64,000 bases of DNA from Candidatus Latescibacterota bacterium. GTDB lineage: Bacteria > Latescibacterota > UBA2968. The notes under the pieces are model-generated. The model saw nothing but the letters and a program-made list of their open reading frames with translations, had not been told where the DNA came from and made no database searches. The position numbers and the translations under genes are program-made. The stretch covers positions 2,464,001 through 2,528,000 of the forward strand of contig OZ240241.1 in the NCBI GenBank assembly GCA_965198115.1, written 5' to 3'. Shown one piece after another: positions 20,296 to 30,945 of the stretch (position 1 is the stretch's first letter; each line of letters starts with the position of its first letter).

Positions 20296-21048
20296 TTACC
20301 AGCGAAGTACGCCTCCGAGAAGCAACTTCTGATCGGGCGTTCCATTCTCCTTCAACGCGGTCACCTTGGGTCCATCGAACGGTTCTCTCGACTTCATCCA
20401 CGCATTTTGGTAACACATCAGACACACACGGCGTCTCTCGTTAGACGTATTGGCTGCGCCCCGGTGGTAGAGCCACCCGTCGAACATCACCGCCTGACCG
20501 GGCTTCGCGTAGACCCGTTTTTCGTCGGGAAACTTAGGATGTCCTTCGGGAGGCTTGAACGGCGCGCGATGGCTGCCCGGGACAATCACGATCGGACCGT
20601 TCTCTTCGGTCAGCACATCCAGGAAGTAGCCACAGTTGATCTGTCCCGGTAGACTCCCGTAGGGCGTACTGTCGGGATCCATCGGCCACGGCCCATCGCG
20701 ATGCCAGTGCTGATCTTCCTGCCCCGGTTCGGTCACACGCGCCGTCGCACTGTGCAGCTGAACGCACGTCCCCAGAATCGCCTTCATGCGATCAAGAATC
20801 GGCGTGTGATCGAGCAGGAAGGCGAAATCGTCGTCCTCCTCCAGAAGCTGATGGATGAAGGGTTCGCCTAGACGTTCGTATGCGTCGTCAAGAGCGCGCC
20901 GTAATGAGCCGACTTGTTTCTCGTCAATCGCATCCTCTACGACCAGATACCCCCACTTCCGAAAGAATCGGACGTCGGCTTCGATCGCCGGTGTGACCTC
21001 CGGGTTCATCTGTTGGGGAACGATGGCTGGATCGTAGTCCCTGGCCAT
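20296..21048 (-). CDS. PhyH-family dioxygenase
   Basis: WGYLVVEDA, WHRD, ENGPIVIVPGSH, PGQAVMFDGWLYHRGAAN. Confidence 0.88.
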   Translation of the reverse strand: MARDYDPAIVPQQMNPEVTPAIEADVRFFRKWGYLVVEDAIDEKQVGSLRRALDDAYERLGEPFIHQLLEEDDDFAFLLDHTPILDRMKAILGTCVQLHSATARVTEPGQEDQHWHRDGPWPMDPDSTPYGSLPGQINCGYFLDVLTEENGPIVIVPGSHRAPFKPPEGHPKFPDEKRVYAKPGQAVMFDGWLYHRGAANTSNERRRVCLMCYQNAWMKSREPFDGPKVTALKENGTPDQKLLLGGVLRW

Positions 21049-21255
21049 TCCAGCGTGCCTTTCGGTGATCGGAAATCTCGGGTGCCTGTCAGAGTCAGCG
21101 GCAAGATAGAAAGGGGCCAACTGCACTGCAACCTCGCTCGACGGATCTGGCCGGTAATCTCCCTCTTCAATTTGCGCGATGGATCAGCTTGAGTATCTTC
21201 CCATCCCATTCGTCCCTTGCCCGGCCACCGAACCGATCCCACGCACTGACCAACG

Positions 21256-22467
21256 ATGTCACCAAGAGCCAAAATCATCATTCTCATCAGCTCCCTGACA
21301 GTCACGATCGCCATGGGTGCGCGGCAGTCGTTCGGCCTCTTTCTCCAGCCCATTTCCGAAGCGCTCTCAACCGGGCGGGAAACATTCAGCCTGGCCATGG
21401 CCGTTCAAAACATCCTGTTCGGGATCCCTTTAGCTGGAATTCTCGCGGATCGTGTTGGCCACAGATGGGTTGTCGTGGCTGGGGCTGCCATCTACGCCGG
21501 CGGATTCTCCCTCCTCTCCTTCGGCTCGTCGACGCCCGCCCTCTACCTGGGCCTGGGGGGTATGGTCGGGCTCGCACTCAGCGCGACGTCCTATGTCGTC
21601 ATCCTGGGCGCGGTCGCGCAGGTCGTTCCGCCGGAAAAGAGAGGAACCGCCTTCGGCATCGTCACGGCAGCGGGGTCTTTCGGCATGTTCGCCGTCGTAC
21701 CGATCGTTCAGTTTCTTCTGAACTCTTTCGGCTGGCAGACGACGCTGCTGTATGCCGCCGGCGTGGTCGGTGTGATCGCCCTGTTCGCGCTCGGATTCCC
21801 TACGCGTGTGGCGAGCAGTTCAGATGGGAGCCAAAACATGATCGAGGAATCCTTCGGAGGCATCCTCGGCCAGGCCCGTTCCCACTCAGGCTACCTGCTG
21901 CTCAACGCAGGATTCTTCGTGTGCGGATTCCACGTGGCTTTCATCGCGACGCATCTGCCTTCCTTCCTTGCCGACCACGGCCTTCCAAAGATGATCGCCG
22001 CAACCGCGCTTTCCCTCATCGGACTGTTCAACATGGTGGGCTCGTTTCTGTTCGGGCGGCTCGGCGACCGCTATCGCAAGAAGTATCTATTGAGCTTTTT
22101 ATACTTCACGCGGGCCGTCGTCATCAGCTGTTTCATCATCGTCCCGGTCACCAGCACATCCGCCCTGGTCTTTGCGGCCATCATCGGTTTCCTCTGGCTC
22201 GCCACGGTCCCCCTGACGAGTGGTACGGTGGCTCAAATCTTTGGCACTCGTCATCTGTCCTCTCTCTATGGCATTGTTTTCTTCAGCCACCAGATCGGCA
22301 GTTTTCTCGGCGTGTGGCTAGGCGGCCGTATCTATGACGCCACAGGATCCTACAACCCCGTGTGGATCGGGGCCATTGCCCTCGGTGTCGCCGCCGCGCT
22401 CGTACACCTGCCGATCCGCGACGAAGCTCTGGGCAAAACTGCACCCACCGAAGTCGCCGCATCCTGA
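21256..22467 (+). CDS. MFS transporter
   Basis: MGARQSFGLF, GILADRVG, GFFVCGFHVAFI, FFSHQIGSFLG. Confidence 0.9.
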   Translation: MSPRAKIIILISSLTVTIAMGARQSFGLFLQPISEALSTGRETFSLAMAVQNILFGIPLAGILADRVGHRWVVVAGAAIYAGGFSLLSFGSSTPALYLGLGGMVGLALSATSYVVILGAVAQVVPPEKRGTAFGIVTAAGSFGMFAVVPIVQFLLNSFGWQTTLLYAAGVVGVIALFALGFPTRVASSSDGSQNMIEESFGGILGQARSHSGYLLLNAGFFVCGFHVAFIATHLPSFLADHGLPKMIAATALSLIGLFNMVGSFLFGRLGDRYRKKYLLSFLYFTRAVVISCFIIVPVTSTSALVFAAIIGFLWLATVPLTSGTVAQIFGTRHLSSLYGIVFFSHQIGSFLGVWLGGRIYDATGSYNPVWIGAIALGVAAALVHLPIRDEALGKTAPTEVAAS

Positions 22468-22692
22468 TCAACCAGAACAGCAGAAACTCAGAGAAACTGA
22501 TCGTCGACTGCGGCAATTCTGGGTGGACTGCAGGATCGACGGATTCCGTGTTCACGCAGACAAACGGCTAGGTAGTCGATGACGACCCTTTAAAGGCTGC
22601 GACTGGCTCGATGATGAGCAGGTTAGTCGTGCGAGACTGGCGGGAATTGTAGGAAGGTATGCGGCAGGAGTAATCGTCACCGTGTGCGTATC

Positions 22693-24126
22693 TTAACAGA
22701 CCAGCCCGTCGACGAATTCATCGACCGGCATCTGCTCGAACCGCTCCTGCGATTCACACGTCTCCAAAAAAGTCGCACATCGGTCCGGAGGAAGACGCTT
22801 TTCGATCACCCGGGTGTACTTCTCCCTCAATAGTGGAAACGCCTCGTCCCGCCGGCGACGATGTCCGATTGGATACCCGACCTCAACGCGATCGGTCGAC
22901 GTCCCATCCTCGAAGAACACGCGAACCGCGTTCGGAATCGCTCGCTTCTCCGGGTCGAAGTATTCCTGAGTGAACGCCTCGTTCTCGCGAACTGTCATCC
23001 TGTCACGTAGCGCATCGATCCTCGGGTCCGAGGCGGCTTCCTCTTCATAATCCTCGGCCGTGAGGTTCCCCTTTGCGAGGGGCACGGCTACCATGTACTG
23101 AATGCAGTGGTCACGGTCGGCGGGGTTGGCGAGCGGACCCGTCTTGTCGATGATGCGGGCACCGGCTTCCTGAGTTTCGATCTCGATTCGCTCGATTTCA
23201 TCGAGACGATCGGCTACGGCCGGATGAAGCTGAACAGCCGCCTCGACCGCCGTCTGTGCGTGGAATTCCGCCGGGTAGGACACTTTGAAGAGCACGTGCT
23301 CCATCACATACGACCCGAGCACGCGGCCCAGCTTCAGGCTGTTCCCGCCGAACAGAACGTCCTGAAAACCCCATCCCTCCGCCGTCAGCGCGGACGGATA
23401 GCCCATCTCCCCGCGCAGACTCTGCAGAGCCGTCCAGACACCCCGGCTCGTTGCATCGCCCGCCGCCCAGCTCTTGCGAGACCCGGTGTTGGGTGCGTGG
23501 CGATACGTTCTGAGCGCCCCTCCGTCGATCCAGGCGTTCGACAGGGCATCGATCACCTGTTCACGTGAGCCGCCGAGCATGGCCGTCGCCACGGCCGTCG
23601 AAGCGATCCGCACGAGCAGCACGTGGTCGAGCCCTACCCGGTTGAAGCTGTTCTCCAGGGCGAGCACGCCCTGAATCTCGTGCGCCTTGATCGCCCAGGC
23701 GAGGACCTCGCGCATCGACAGACGCTCGCCCGTCCGGCTGAGATAGTCGGCGACGGCAAGGATGCCTCCGAGGTTGTCAGACGGGTGCCCCCACTCGGCG
23801 GCCAGCCACGTATCGTTGTAATCGAGCCAGCGGATCATCGCCCCGATGTTGTGGGCCGCACGTACGGGATCCAGCTCGAAGGACGTGCCCGGCACGCGGG
23901 CACCCGGCTTCATCACCGCCCCCGGGACGATAGGGCCGAGCAACTTCGTGCACGCCGGGTAGTCGAGCGACATCAGCGCACAGGCGACCGAATCCACAAC
24001 ACAGTAGCGTGCAGTCACCATGGCTTCCTCGCTGCTCGTCACATCGTACGCGAGGACATACTCGGCCACCGTCTCGAACAACGCGTCAGGGCCTGGTCGA
24101 CGGGTGTCCTTCGTCGGGGCGCTCAC
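22693..24126 (-). CDS. prpD: 2-methylcitrate dehydratase
   Basis: [54 protein letters not shown]. Confidence 0.95.
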   Translation of the reverse strand: MSAPTKDTRRPGPDALFETVAEYVLAYDVTSSEEAMVTARYCVVDSVACALMSLDYPACTKLLGPIVPGAVMKPGARVPGTSFELDPVRAAHNIGAMIRWLDYNDTWLAAEWGHPSDNLGGILAVADYLSRTGERLSMREVLAWAIKAHEIQGVLALENSFNRVGLDHVLLVRIASTAVATAMLGGSREQVIDALSNAWIDGGALRTYRHAPNTGSRKSWAAGDATSRGVWTALQSLRGEMGYPSALTAEGWGFQDVLFGGNSLKLGRVLGSYVMEHVLFKVSYPAEFHAQTAVEAAVQLHPAVADRLDEIERIEIETQEAGARIIDKTGPLANPADRDHCIQYMVAVPLAKGNLTAEDYEEEAASDPRIDALRDRMTVRENEAFTQEYFDPEKRAIPNAVRVFFEDGTSTDRVEVGYPIGHRRRRDEAFPLLREKYTRVIEKRLPPDRCATFLETCESQERFEQMPVDEFVDGLVC

Positions 24127-24156
24127 GCGCGTGGCGCTCCCACTTGCGACACCCCG

Positions 24157-25047
24157 TCACGATGACACATCACCGTCGGTTCCCTCCTCGAACAGCTCGT
24201 CGATCTTGCGCTCGAAGGCTTCGTATCTCAAAACATCGTAGAGCTCGGCTCTCGTCTGCATTTCCGGCAGAAGACCCGACTGCGTCCCCTCTTCACGTAT
24301 CGTCCTGTAGACCGAAAGAGCGGCCTTGCTCATCGCCCTGAATGCCGACAGGGGATAGAGCACGCAACGGACGCCTGCTTCGCCCAACTCTTTCACCGTA
24401 AACATCGGCGTCTGTCCAAATTCGGTAATGTTGGCAAGCACGGGGGCCCCCGCATCCGCCACGAACCGACGGTACTCCTCCAGTTCGGTCACGGCCTCTG
24501 CGAAGAGGATGTCCGCTCCTGCTTCGACATACCGGCAGGATCGATCGACGGCGGCATTCAACCCTTCCGAGGCGAGGGCGTCCGTCCGTGCGACGACGAC
24601 AAACTGATCGTCGGATCGGGCGTCGACGGCGCTCTTGATCCGGTCGACCATCTCCTGGCACGACACGAGTTCCTTGCCGGGCCGGTGCCCGCACCGCTTC
24701 ATCTGCACCTGATCTTCGATGTGACAGGCGGCCGCTCCAGCGCGGGTCAACTCCCGAATCGTTCGCGCAATCATCAGCGCCGCCCCCCAACCCGTGTCGG
24801 CATCGACCAGCATCGGAAGATCCGTGGCGCCCGTGATCCGCCGCACGTCCTCTGCGACGTCATTCAGGGACGTCAGCGCCAGATCGGGCAAACCGAACGA
24901 CGCATTCGCCACGCCCCCACCCGACAGGTAGATGGCACGGTAACCGCTCTGCTCCGCGAGCAGTGCCGTGTAGGCATTGATCGTCCCGACGATCTGCAAA
25001 GGGCGCTCGGCCGCCATCGCCTCGCGCAGAAATTTCCCCTTACTCAC
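24157..25047 (-). CDS. prpB: 2-methylisocitrate lyase
   Basis: [37 protein letters not shown]; start moved to GTG 25047 behind GGAGG. Confidence 0.95.
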   Translation of the reverse strand: MSKGKFLREAMAAERPLQIVGTINAYTALLAEQSGYRAIYLSGGGVANASFGLPDLALTSLNDVAEDVRRITGATDLPMLVDADTGWGAALMIARTIRELTRAGAAACHIEDQVQMKRCGHRPGKELVSCQEMVDRIKSAVDARSDDQFVVVARTDALASEGLNAAVDRSCRYVEAGADILFAEAVTELEEYRRFVADAGAPVLANITEFGQTPMFTVKELGEAGVRCVLYPLSAFRAMSKAALSVYRTIREEGTQSGLLPEMQTRAELYDVLRYEAFERKIDELFEEGTDGDVSS

Positions 25048-25073
25048 CTTGAGTCCTCCATCCAACAGAAGGG

Positions 25074-25970
25074 CTATACCCGCATCGTCCTGCCGGAGAT
25101 CCCGCGACCGATCTTGGCATTCTCCTCGCTCCCACCCGAGAGGATTCGCACGCCCCAATCCATCAGGTATCTCACTTTCGCTTCGGTGTCGAGCGAGGGG
25201 TCGTTCCACGAGCTTAAAAATGCGACACCGGCCCGGTCGCAGGCGCCCTTGACCATCTGCCGGGCGTTCTCCATTTCTGGCGGATACGGAGGATCGTGCG
25301 AGTCCGCGTGCCCGAACGACATCCCCATATCGCCAGGCCCCCACTCCGCAAAGGCTAAACCAGGCACCTGTGCGATGTATTCGGCGTTTGCGGCTCCCTC
25401 GCGATCCTCGATCTTCAAACCCAGCATCAGCTCGCCGTCGGGGTTGAGCGGCCACGGATCCGCCGCCTTCGTGTACTCCGGGGCTTTCACCCCCCAGATG
25501 CCGGCGGCGTAGCCCTGTCCACCCGACCCTCGCTGGCCCTGCCGCAAGCCACCACCCAGACCTGCCGTTTGGAACGGGTACCGACATTCTTCGACAAACG
25601 CCTTGACCGCGTCGGCCTGTCGAGCGTGAGTATGCAAAATCCCGTGGACTCCGGCTGCCAGGACCTGCCGGATCTGCCAGCCGTTGGCACGAACCTCGTA
25701 GTCCGTTCGGGCGTTCGACGGCAGCGTCGTCAGAACGGTCGGAGTTCTGTGGCCGGAATTGGTCGGCCCACCGTCTACCAGCCCCTGCATGAAGGCCCGC
25801 AATCCAGCGATGTCGAACGGACTGTGCTCGAAGTCCGCCATCAGAAAGTCGGCCCACGTCTTCGCTTGCTTCTTTCCGTTCTCGTAGGTCAGCTCTCCGG
25901 CCCCCGAGTAGTAGAGGTATTCGCCCTGGTCGAGTAGTTCGATACTCTTATTGATCCGCGTTTTGGCCAT
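25074..25970 (-). CDS. HpcH/HpaI aldolase family protein
   Basis: [31 protein letters not shown]; GGAGG RBS before ATG 25970. Confidence 0.8.
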   Translation of the reverse strand: MAKTRINKSIELLDQGEYLYYSGAGELTYENGKKQAKTWADFLMADFEHSPFDIAGLRAFMQGLVDGGPTNSGHRTPTVLTTLPSNARTDYEVRANGWQIRQVLAAGVHGILHTHARQADAVKAFVEECRYPFQTAGLGGGLRQGQRGSGGQGYAAGIWGVKAPEYTKAADPWPLNPDGELMLGLKIEDREGAANAEYIAQVPGLAFAEWGPGDMGMSFGHADSHDPPYPPEMENARQMVKGACDRAGVAFLSSWNDPSLDTEAKVRYLMDWGVRILSGGSEENAKIGRGISGRTMRV

Positions 25971-26122
25971 TCCCCCTCCTCGTGTGCTTGCGTGATCAGC
26001 TTGAACGATCGATTCAGCGTGCCTCCCGACAGCGTGATCAAGTTCGCACCCAAACCGTCTCCAAACAAGAACCCCCCGCGACAGAAATCGCGAGGGGCAG
26101 ACCGAACTCGGCGCTCCGTTGC

Positions 26123-27028
26123 TCAGGCGGGTGGCTTCCACCTCCTGACACGTCGCTTGAAACAGCGATCGAGCTCCTGACGGATGGCCTGAACATCCTT
26201 GAATCGGTCGCCGAACACCGAGAGCATGTACCCACCCGCAATCTGTTCGGGACACGCGAACATCTCTCGCCCAGGCTCCGCGGCCTCGAGCCAGCAACCG
26301 ATAACCTGGTCCGCGAAGACGAGCCAGTCCTTGAACTCGGGCGTCAGCTGTCCCTTTCGACCCAACGCCGGAACCTGCGCGTGATGGCCGTTGAACGGGC
26401 GAAAGTGAAACTGCTGCGCCAGCTGAATCAGGTCCGGCCGCTCGGCGAGTCGGTCCCAGTATGGGGGCGATAGATGTTTGATGACTGCGGGATGCGAGAA
26501 ATCCCACGTCATCTTGAGCGGGTGTCCCTCGGCCTTTTCGTAACCGGCGGCCAGGGCGTAGGTCTTTTCGGGGGTTTCGGTGCACGTATCGCGATGGACC
26601 TCGATGGCCACGTCCATCTCGAGGGCGTCGGCCGCGTCCATCACGCGTCGCGCGACCGCGACCGCCCGTTCGGTCGGGGTGTCGTGATCGAGCATCTGAA
26701 CGTTCACGCACCGCGCCCCGGCCTTCTTGATGGCCCGGAATTTGGGCTTGATCTCCGGAATCCCACCGACGTCGGTCGTGGCTGCAAAGATGAGTCCGGA
26801 CTGCTCGACGTGCTCAGACGTGATCATCGGAATCCGGCCCAGAAACCCGTCAAACCCCGCCCGCTTGATCCGCTTCAGCTTTTCGGGAATGTCCCATTCC
26901 CCCTTCTTCCCACCGTAGCCTCCCAGCGTACCCACCGAACACATGTGACGGATCGCGGGACTGGGTGTCTTCGCTTTTGCCAAGATCGCCTCCGGGAATT
27001 TACTTCGCCAGAACGCCCTGAACGGCAT
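26123..27028 (-). CDS. Xylose isomerase-like TIM barrel protein (true start may be TTG 26983)
   Basis: IKRAGFDG, EVHRDTCTETP, TWDFSH, HFRPFNGH. Confidence 0.75.
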   Translation of the reverse strand: MPFRAFWRSKFPEAILAKAKTPSPAIRHMCSVGTLGGYGGKKGEWDIPEKLKRIKRAGFDGFLGRIPMITSEHVEQSGLIFAATTDVGGIPEIKPKFRAIKKAGARCVNVQMLDHDTPTERAVAVARRVMDAADALEMDVAIEVHRDTCTETPEKTYALAAGYEKAEGHPLKMTWDFSHPAVIKHLSPPYWDRLAERPDLIQLAQQFHFRPFNGHHAQVPALGRKGQLTPEFKDWLVFADQVIGCWLEAAEPGREMFACPEQIAGGYMLSVFGDRFKDVQAIRQELDRCFKRRVRRWKPPA

Positions 27029-27358
27029 CCAAAAGCTGCGCGAACTCGAAAGGTTTGGGAATCGTCATCTCGACGCCCAGCTCTTCCAAATACTGAATCC
27101 GTTCTTCGTTCAGGTTCGCGCTGAGGATGATCACCGGCACCTCCACGCCCTCCTGCTTTGCAGGATGAGAATGAACTGATCCCCCGGCGTGGGCATCACC
27201 AGATCCGACACCACGAGGTCGATCTCTTCCCAGTTCACTTCTTCCAGAGCAGGCGCAGCGTCCTCGAACGCGAGAACCTCGTGACCGTCCCTCTCCAACA
27301 CTCGCGTGATCGCCACGCGGATGGTGTTTTCATCGTCCATGACTACGATTTTTGCCAT
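27000..27358 (-). CDS. Single-domain response regulator receiver (1-nt frameshift near 27157)
   Basis: IVVMDDE..DLVVSDLVMP; continuation in shifted frame EVPVIILSA..IPKPFEFAQLLDAVQGVLAK*. Confidence 0.8.
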
Positions 27359-27360
27359 TC

Positions 27361-27552
27361 CTAACGCCCTTCGTCTGTGGTTCGACCCGAACGACTGGCC
27401 TCGGTCTCGGCGGAGGCCAGAAGCCGAGCGTTGAAGGTCCGCCCATCTTCCAGGGCCCGTGAGGGAACCTCGAACAGCCGCTCGAGGATCGTGTTGACTT
27501 CATCGAGTCCGAAGTCGGCTTCGACTTCTACAACGATTTTATAGGTCGGCAC
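27361..27552 (-). CDS. Hypothetical protein (63 aa)
   Basis: GAGGG RBS before GTG; ends 2 nt before the response regulator start. Confidence 0.5.
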   Translation of the reverse strand: MPTYKIVVEVEADFGLDEVNTILERLFEVPSRALEDGRTFNARLLASAETEASRSGRTTDEGR

Positions 27553-27630
27553 ACTATCCCTCTCGCATCAAGGCCCTCAATATAGGCGCCGGACAGAAAT
27601 CACAAAAGGCCGGATCGGCCGCTCGGCGTC

Positions 27631-29895
27631 TCAGTCGTCGGCCAATTCGGCACTCGCTGAATCGGCCGCAGAATGCCGTGCTGCCCGCATTTTCCACCAC
27701 ACCCTCATCCTCTCTCGAGGAATCGCTTCGTCCTCGAACGGAACGGTCAGGACGGACTCGGCGTTGAAAGCCACCTCCTCCGGCGTGAACCAGGCACGCT
27801 TCAGACGACCGTCCGTCTGTCGCTCGGCCTGATCGCTGTAGTGACTCGAGGACGTATCCTCGCTGCTGCCGAACGGCACGAGACTCCACGCCTCCGGTTG
27901 ATCATCGAGCGCGACCACGAGGGTGAACGCCGACCCTCCCGTCACCCGATGAATCCCGTCCTCTCCCGGTTCCGACCAGGTCGCGTGGACGGCATCCACA
28001 CCGTTCGGGGTTCCGCCCGTTGGAAACATCGACGTGCCACGTTCGATCACGTGGACTTCGCCCCATCTCATATCCAGCCGCCCATACGTTTCCACGAGGT
28101 AGGCCACGGTCTGCTGCAACGCATCCACGGCCACTCGCTCTAGCACCGTAATGTTTTCCCGCTGATCCTTCGGAAGCTGAGCGACGAGCGGCGCGAACCT
28201 CCGCTGCCACGTCGCGAACAGCAGCACAGATCGGCTGTCGACGTCGGCTCGGTTGTCCCAGGACCGCAGCAGATTGATGGCTTGAGCGACGAGCGCGTCG
28301 GGATCGTAGAGCTCCTGCCAGATTCGGTTGTATCCGCTCAGGATCAGCCCCTTGAGCTCTTCTGCGGCGATCAGATAACTGTCTCGCGAGAAGGCCACGA
28401 GCTCGTCGACCGAAACGACGCCGCGTGAAGCCAGCCACGTTCGTGTTCGACGTCCCCGATCGGTCACCCGTCCCCACCCGAGCGATGCGGGGTAATCAGA
28501 CCTGTCGAGCAGTTGCTCCGATGTCAGCGCGTCGGGAGGCACGTTGCAGTTCTGCATAAAACCCGAAACGGGATTGATCACCTGCGGCAGCTGTGAAAAA
28601 GGCAGGACGCCGCGCCACTCGGATTCTTTCGTCCACCCTGGGACGGGAGACTCCCAGTCGAACTTGTCGGATCGAAGGGGCGAGCGGGCGACGAAGGCAT
28701 AGTAGGTCGTGCCTTCCGTATCTCCATACATCACGTTGATCGCCGGAATCTGGAGTCGCGATACGGCCGACCTGAACTGCGCGAGATCCTGCGCACGTCC
28801 CATTTCGTGGAGCTGACCCACGACATTGGCGATGTCATCCATCGGAGCTCTGGCGGCGTAGGCCCAGTTTTCCCCGATCTTGTAGACGGGGCCGTGGTGG
28901 GTGTAGAGAACCTCCCTCGAAATCTTCTCCACGCCCGTCCCCCGGCGAACTCGGATTTCGATCTGTCTGGATGAAACGCGCTCCCTTTCACGCTCGTAGA
29001 GGTAGCGGCGCGAATTCGCCCGATCCAGCTTCACCTCGTAGAGGTCGAACACGTCGGCTTCGTTCGCTGTAAACGACCACGCCATCTTCCCGTTGTGTCC
29101 CTGAAAGATCACCGGCCAGCCGAAGAACGTCCCGCCGTAGACGTTCAGACCCTCACCGCTCACGAGGTGGGCCTCGTAAATGCGGAAGGGGGTGTCCCAC
29201 GGGAAGTGCAGGTCCGACATCATGAGCGTCCGCCCGCTGCGGCTCCGTGTCGGGGACACCACCACCTGGTTCGAGCCGAGGATTCCGAGCGGTGCGGTCG
29301 TCGACAGCCCCTTCGAGGCGAGTTCGGGGTAGCCCTGCCGTTCGACGAACTGCAAGATCAACCATCGCGTCGCGGCAACGACATCTGTCGCCCGAACGGG
29401 CTCTACCCACGAGGGCAGAACCTGCCGGTGAATGTCGATGTAGTGATTGACGCCGTCGGCGAACGCACCGATGATGCGTCGAGTCCGCTCCGGTATCGTG
29501 CCATACAGCTCCCCCGCGACACGATCGATACGCCACGTGCGCGATCTGAAATCGGATTCGATCGCTGACGGCCCGACGACCTCGGCAGCCTCCCCTTTGG
29601 CCTGTTTGTAACTCACCAGCATGCCTATGAGGTGGTCCTCGGCCTGGGCAAACCCGAATCCAAACGCCACATCGGCGTCAGTGGAACCGTAAATGTGGGG
29701 GATTCCGTAACGGTCTCTGATGATGCGCGCGCGCTCCGCGGGAGGGAGGAACAGGGAATCACCGAGGGTGGCGATCACCGAATCCACAAGGGGTACCGCC
29801 AGAAGACTGTCCAGCCCTTCATCCGACGTTCCATCCGTCTGCGCGCAGACGGCGGACACCCACACGAGCAGGAAGGCGATCAGTCGCACGCTCAC
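27631..29895 (-). CDS. Penicillin acylase family (Ntn hydrolase)
   Basis: IIRDRYGIPHIYG, FGFAQAED, GSN autocleavage site, GFMQNCN, HYSDQA; GTG start overlaps the upstream stop. Confidence 0.9.
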   Translation of the reverse strand: MSVRLIAFLLVWVSAVCAQTDGTSDEGLDSLLAVPLVDSVIATLGDSLFLPPAERARIIRDRYGIPHIYGSTDADVAFGFGFAQAEDHLIGMLVSYKQAKGEAAEVVGPSAIESDFRSRTWRIDRVAGELYGTIPERTRRIIGAFADGVNHYIDIHRQVLPSWVEPVRATDVVAATRWLILQFVERQGYPELASKGLSTTAPLGILGSNQVVVSPTRSRSGRTLMMSDLHFPWDTPFRIYEAHLVSGEGLNVYGGTFFGWPVIFQGHNGKMAWSFTANEADVFDLYEVKLDRANSRRYLYERERERVSSRQIEIRVRRGTGVEKISREVLYTHHGPVYKIGENWAYAARAPMDDIANVVGQLHEMGRAQDLAQFRSAVSRLQIPAINVMYGDTEGTTYYAFVARSPLRSDKFDWESPVPGWTKESEWRGVLPFSQLPQVINPVSGFMQNCNVPPDALTSEQLLDRSDYPASLGWGRVTDRGRRTRTWLASRGVVSVDELVAFSRDSYLIAAEELKGLILSGYNRIWQELYDPDALVAQAINLLRSWDNRADVDSRSVLLFATWQRRFAPLVAQLPKDQRENITVLERVAVDALQQTVAYLVETYGRLDMRWGEVHVIERGTSMFPTGGTPNGVDAVHATWSEPGEDGIHRVTGGSAFTLVVALDDQPEAWSLVPFGSSEDTSSSHYSDQAERQTDGRLKRAWFTPEEVAFNAESVLTVPFEDEAIPRERMRVWWKMRAARHSAADSASAELADD

Positions 29896-30935
29896 CCTCT
29901 GAAAAGATGGTGCTCGACCGGAAGTGACACGGTCATCCCGTTCACGGCGGACAGAAATCCGGCCTCCATCACTTCCTGAGCGTCCCGAGACAGGTCGGCA
30001 TTCGTCAACCCGGTCGGCTCCGAACCACCCCGGATCGATTTTACGAAGTAGGACGGCCCGTCCGTCTCGCCCTCGGGCAGGGTATCGAGTTCGACCATCG
30101 TGCCATCCTGGTTGGCCCGCGTGAACACGTCGATCCGATCGTCGGCTGCCACGAGTGTCCCCTCCGTCCCATAGACCACCAGATCGTGCGCGGGTTTGTG
30201 GGCGACGGCTTCGGTCCAGGTCATCTCCAGTCGGCACATCGCTTTGGGATATCGCAGGATCATCATGCCATTGTCATCCACGGCCAGGTGTCGCTTCACC
30301 AGACGACCCGCCACCCCGACGACCGATTGAGGGCTTCCCAGCATCCAGACACACAACGACGAACCGTATCCACCGTAGTCGTTGAACGCACCGGCACCAT
30401 TGAGCTCCGGATCGAACAGAAACTCACAAAACTGATCGGAACATCCGTACTCGTCGGGGCCACAGTGGCCCCCACGCCAGACGATCTGCCAGACATCGTC
30501 AATCGTTCCTTCGTCAACCAGACGTTTGGTCGTACGCCAGCTGCGCGACCAGGCCGTCGGCCAGTTCACCATCAGGCGCGTCCCGTGTTTCTTGGTGGCG
30601 ATCAGCATTCGGTCGGCCTGCTCGAGCGTGGCGGCCATGGGCTTCTCCACCATCACATCGATGCCTCGGGGCGCACAGATCTCGACGACGTCGGCGTGTT
30701 CGGCCGTTGCCGTAAAAACGAACACGGCGTCGGGACCCACGTCGTCGAGCAATCCTTCATAGTCGTCGAAGACCCGCTCGCAGCCCGTTTCGTCCACGAA
30801 CTTCTCTCTCAGGGACGGATCATAGTCCGCGCCGGCCACGAGCTCCGCATCGGACAAGGCGTCCAGCCGTTTCAAGTTCGTCCAGACGTGATCGTGGGCC
30901 ATCCCCAGCGCGGCGACTCGAATCGCCTCGGCCAT
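29892..30935 (-). CDS. Gfo/Idh/MocA oxidoreductase
   Basis: VMVEKPMA, LMVNW, GAGAFNDYGGYG, VYGTEG. Confidence 0.88.
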   Translation of the reverse strand: MAEAIRVAALGMAHDHVWTNLKRLDALSDAELVAGADYDPSLREKFVDETGCERVFDDYEGLLDDVGPDAVFVFTATAEHADVVEICAPRGIDVMVEKPMAATLEQADRMLIATKKHGTRLMVNWPTAWSRSWRTTKRLVDEGTIDDVWQIVWRGGHCGPDEYGCSDQFCEFLFDPELNGAGAFNDYGGYGSSLCVWMLGSPQSVVGVAGRLVKRHLAVDDNGMMILRYPKAMCRLEMTWTEAVAHKPAHDLVVYGTEGTLVAADDRIDVFTRANQDGTMVELDTLPEGETDGPSYFVKSIRGGSEPTGLTNADLSRDAQEVMEAGFLSAVNGMTVSLPVEHHLFRG

Positions 30936-30945
30936 CGAGGTCTCC

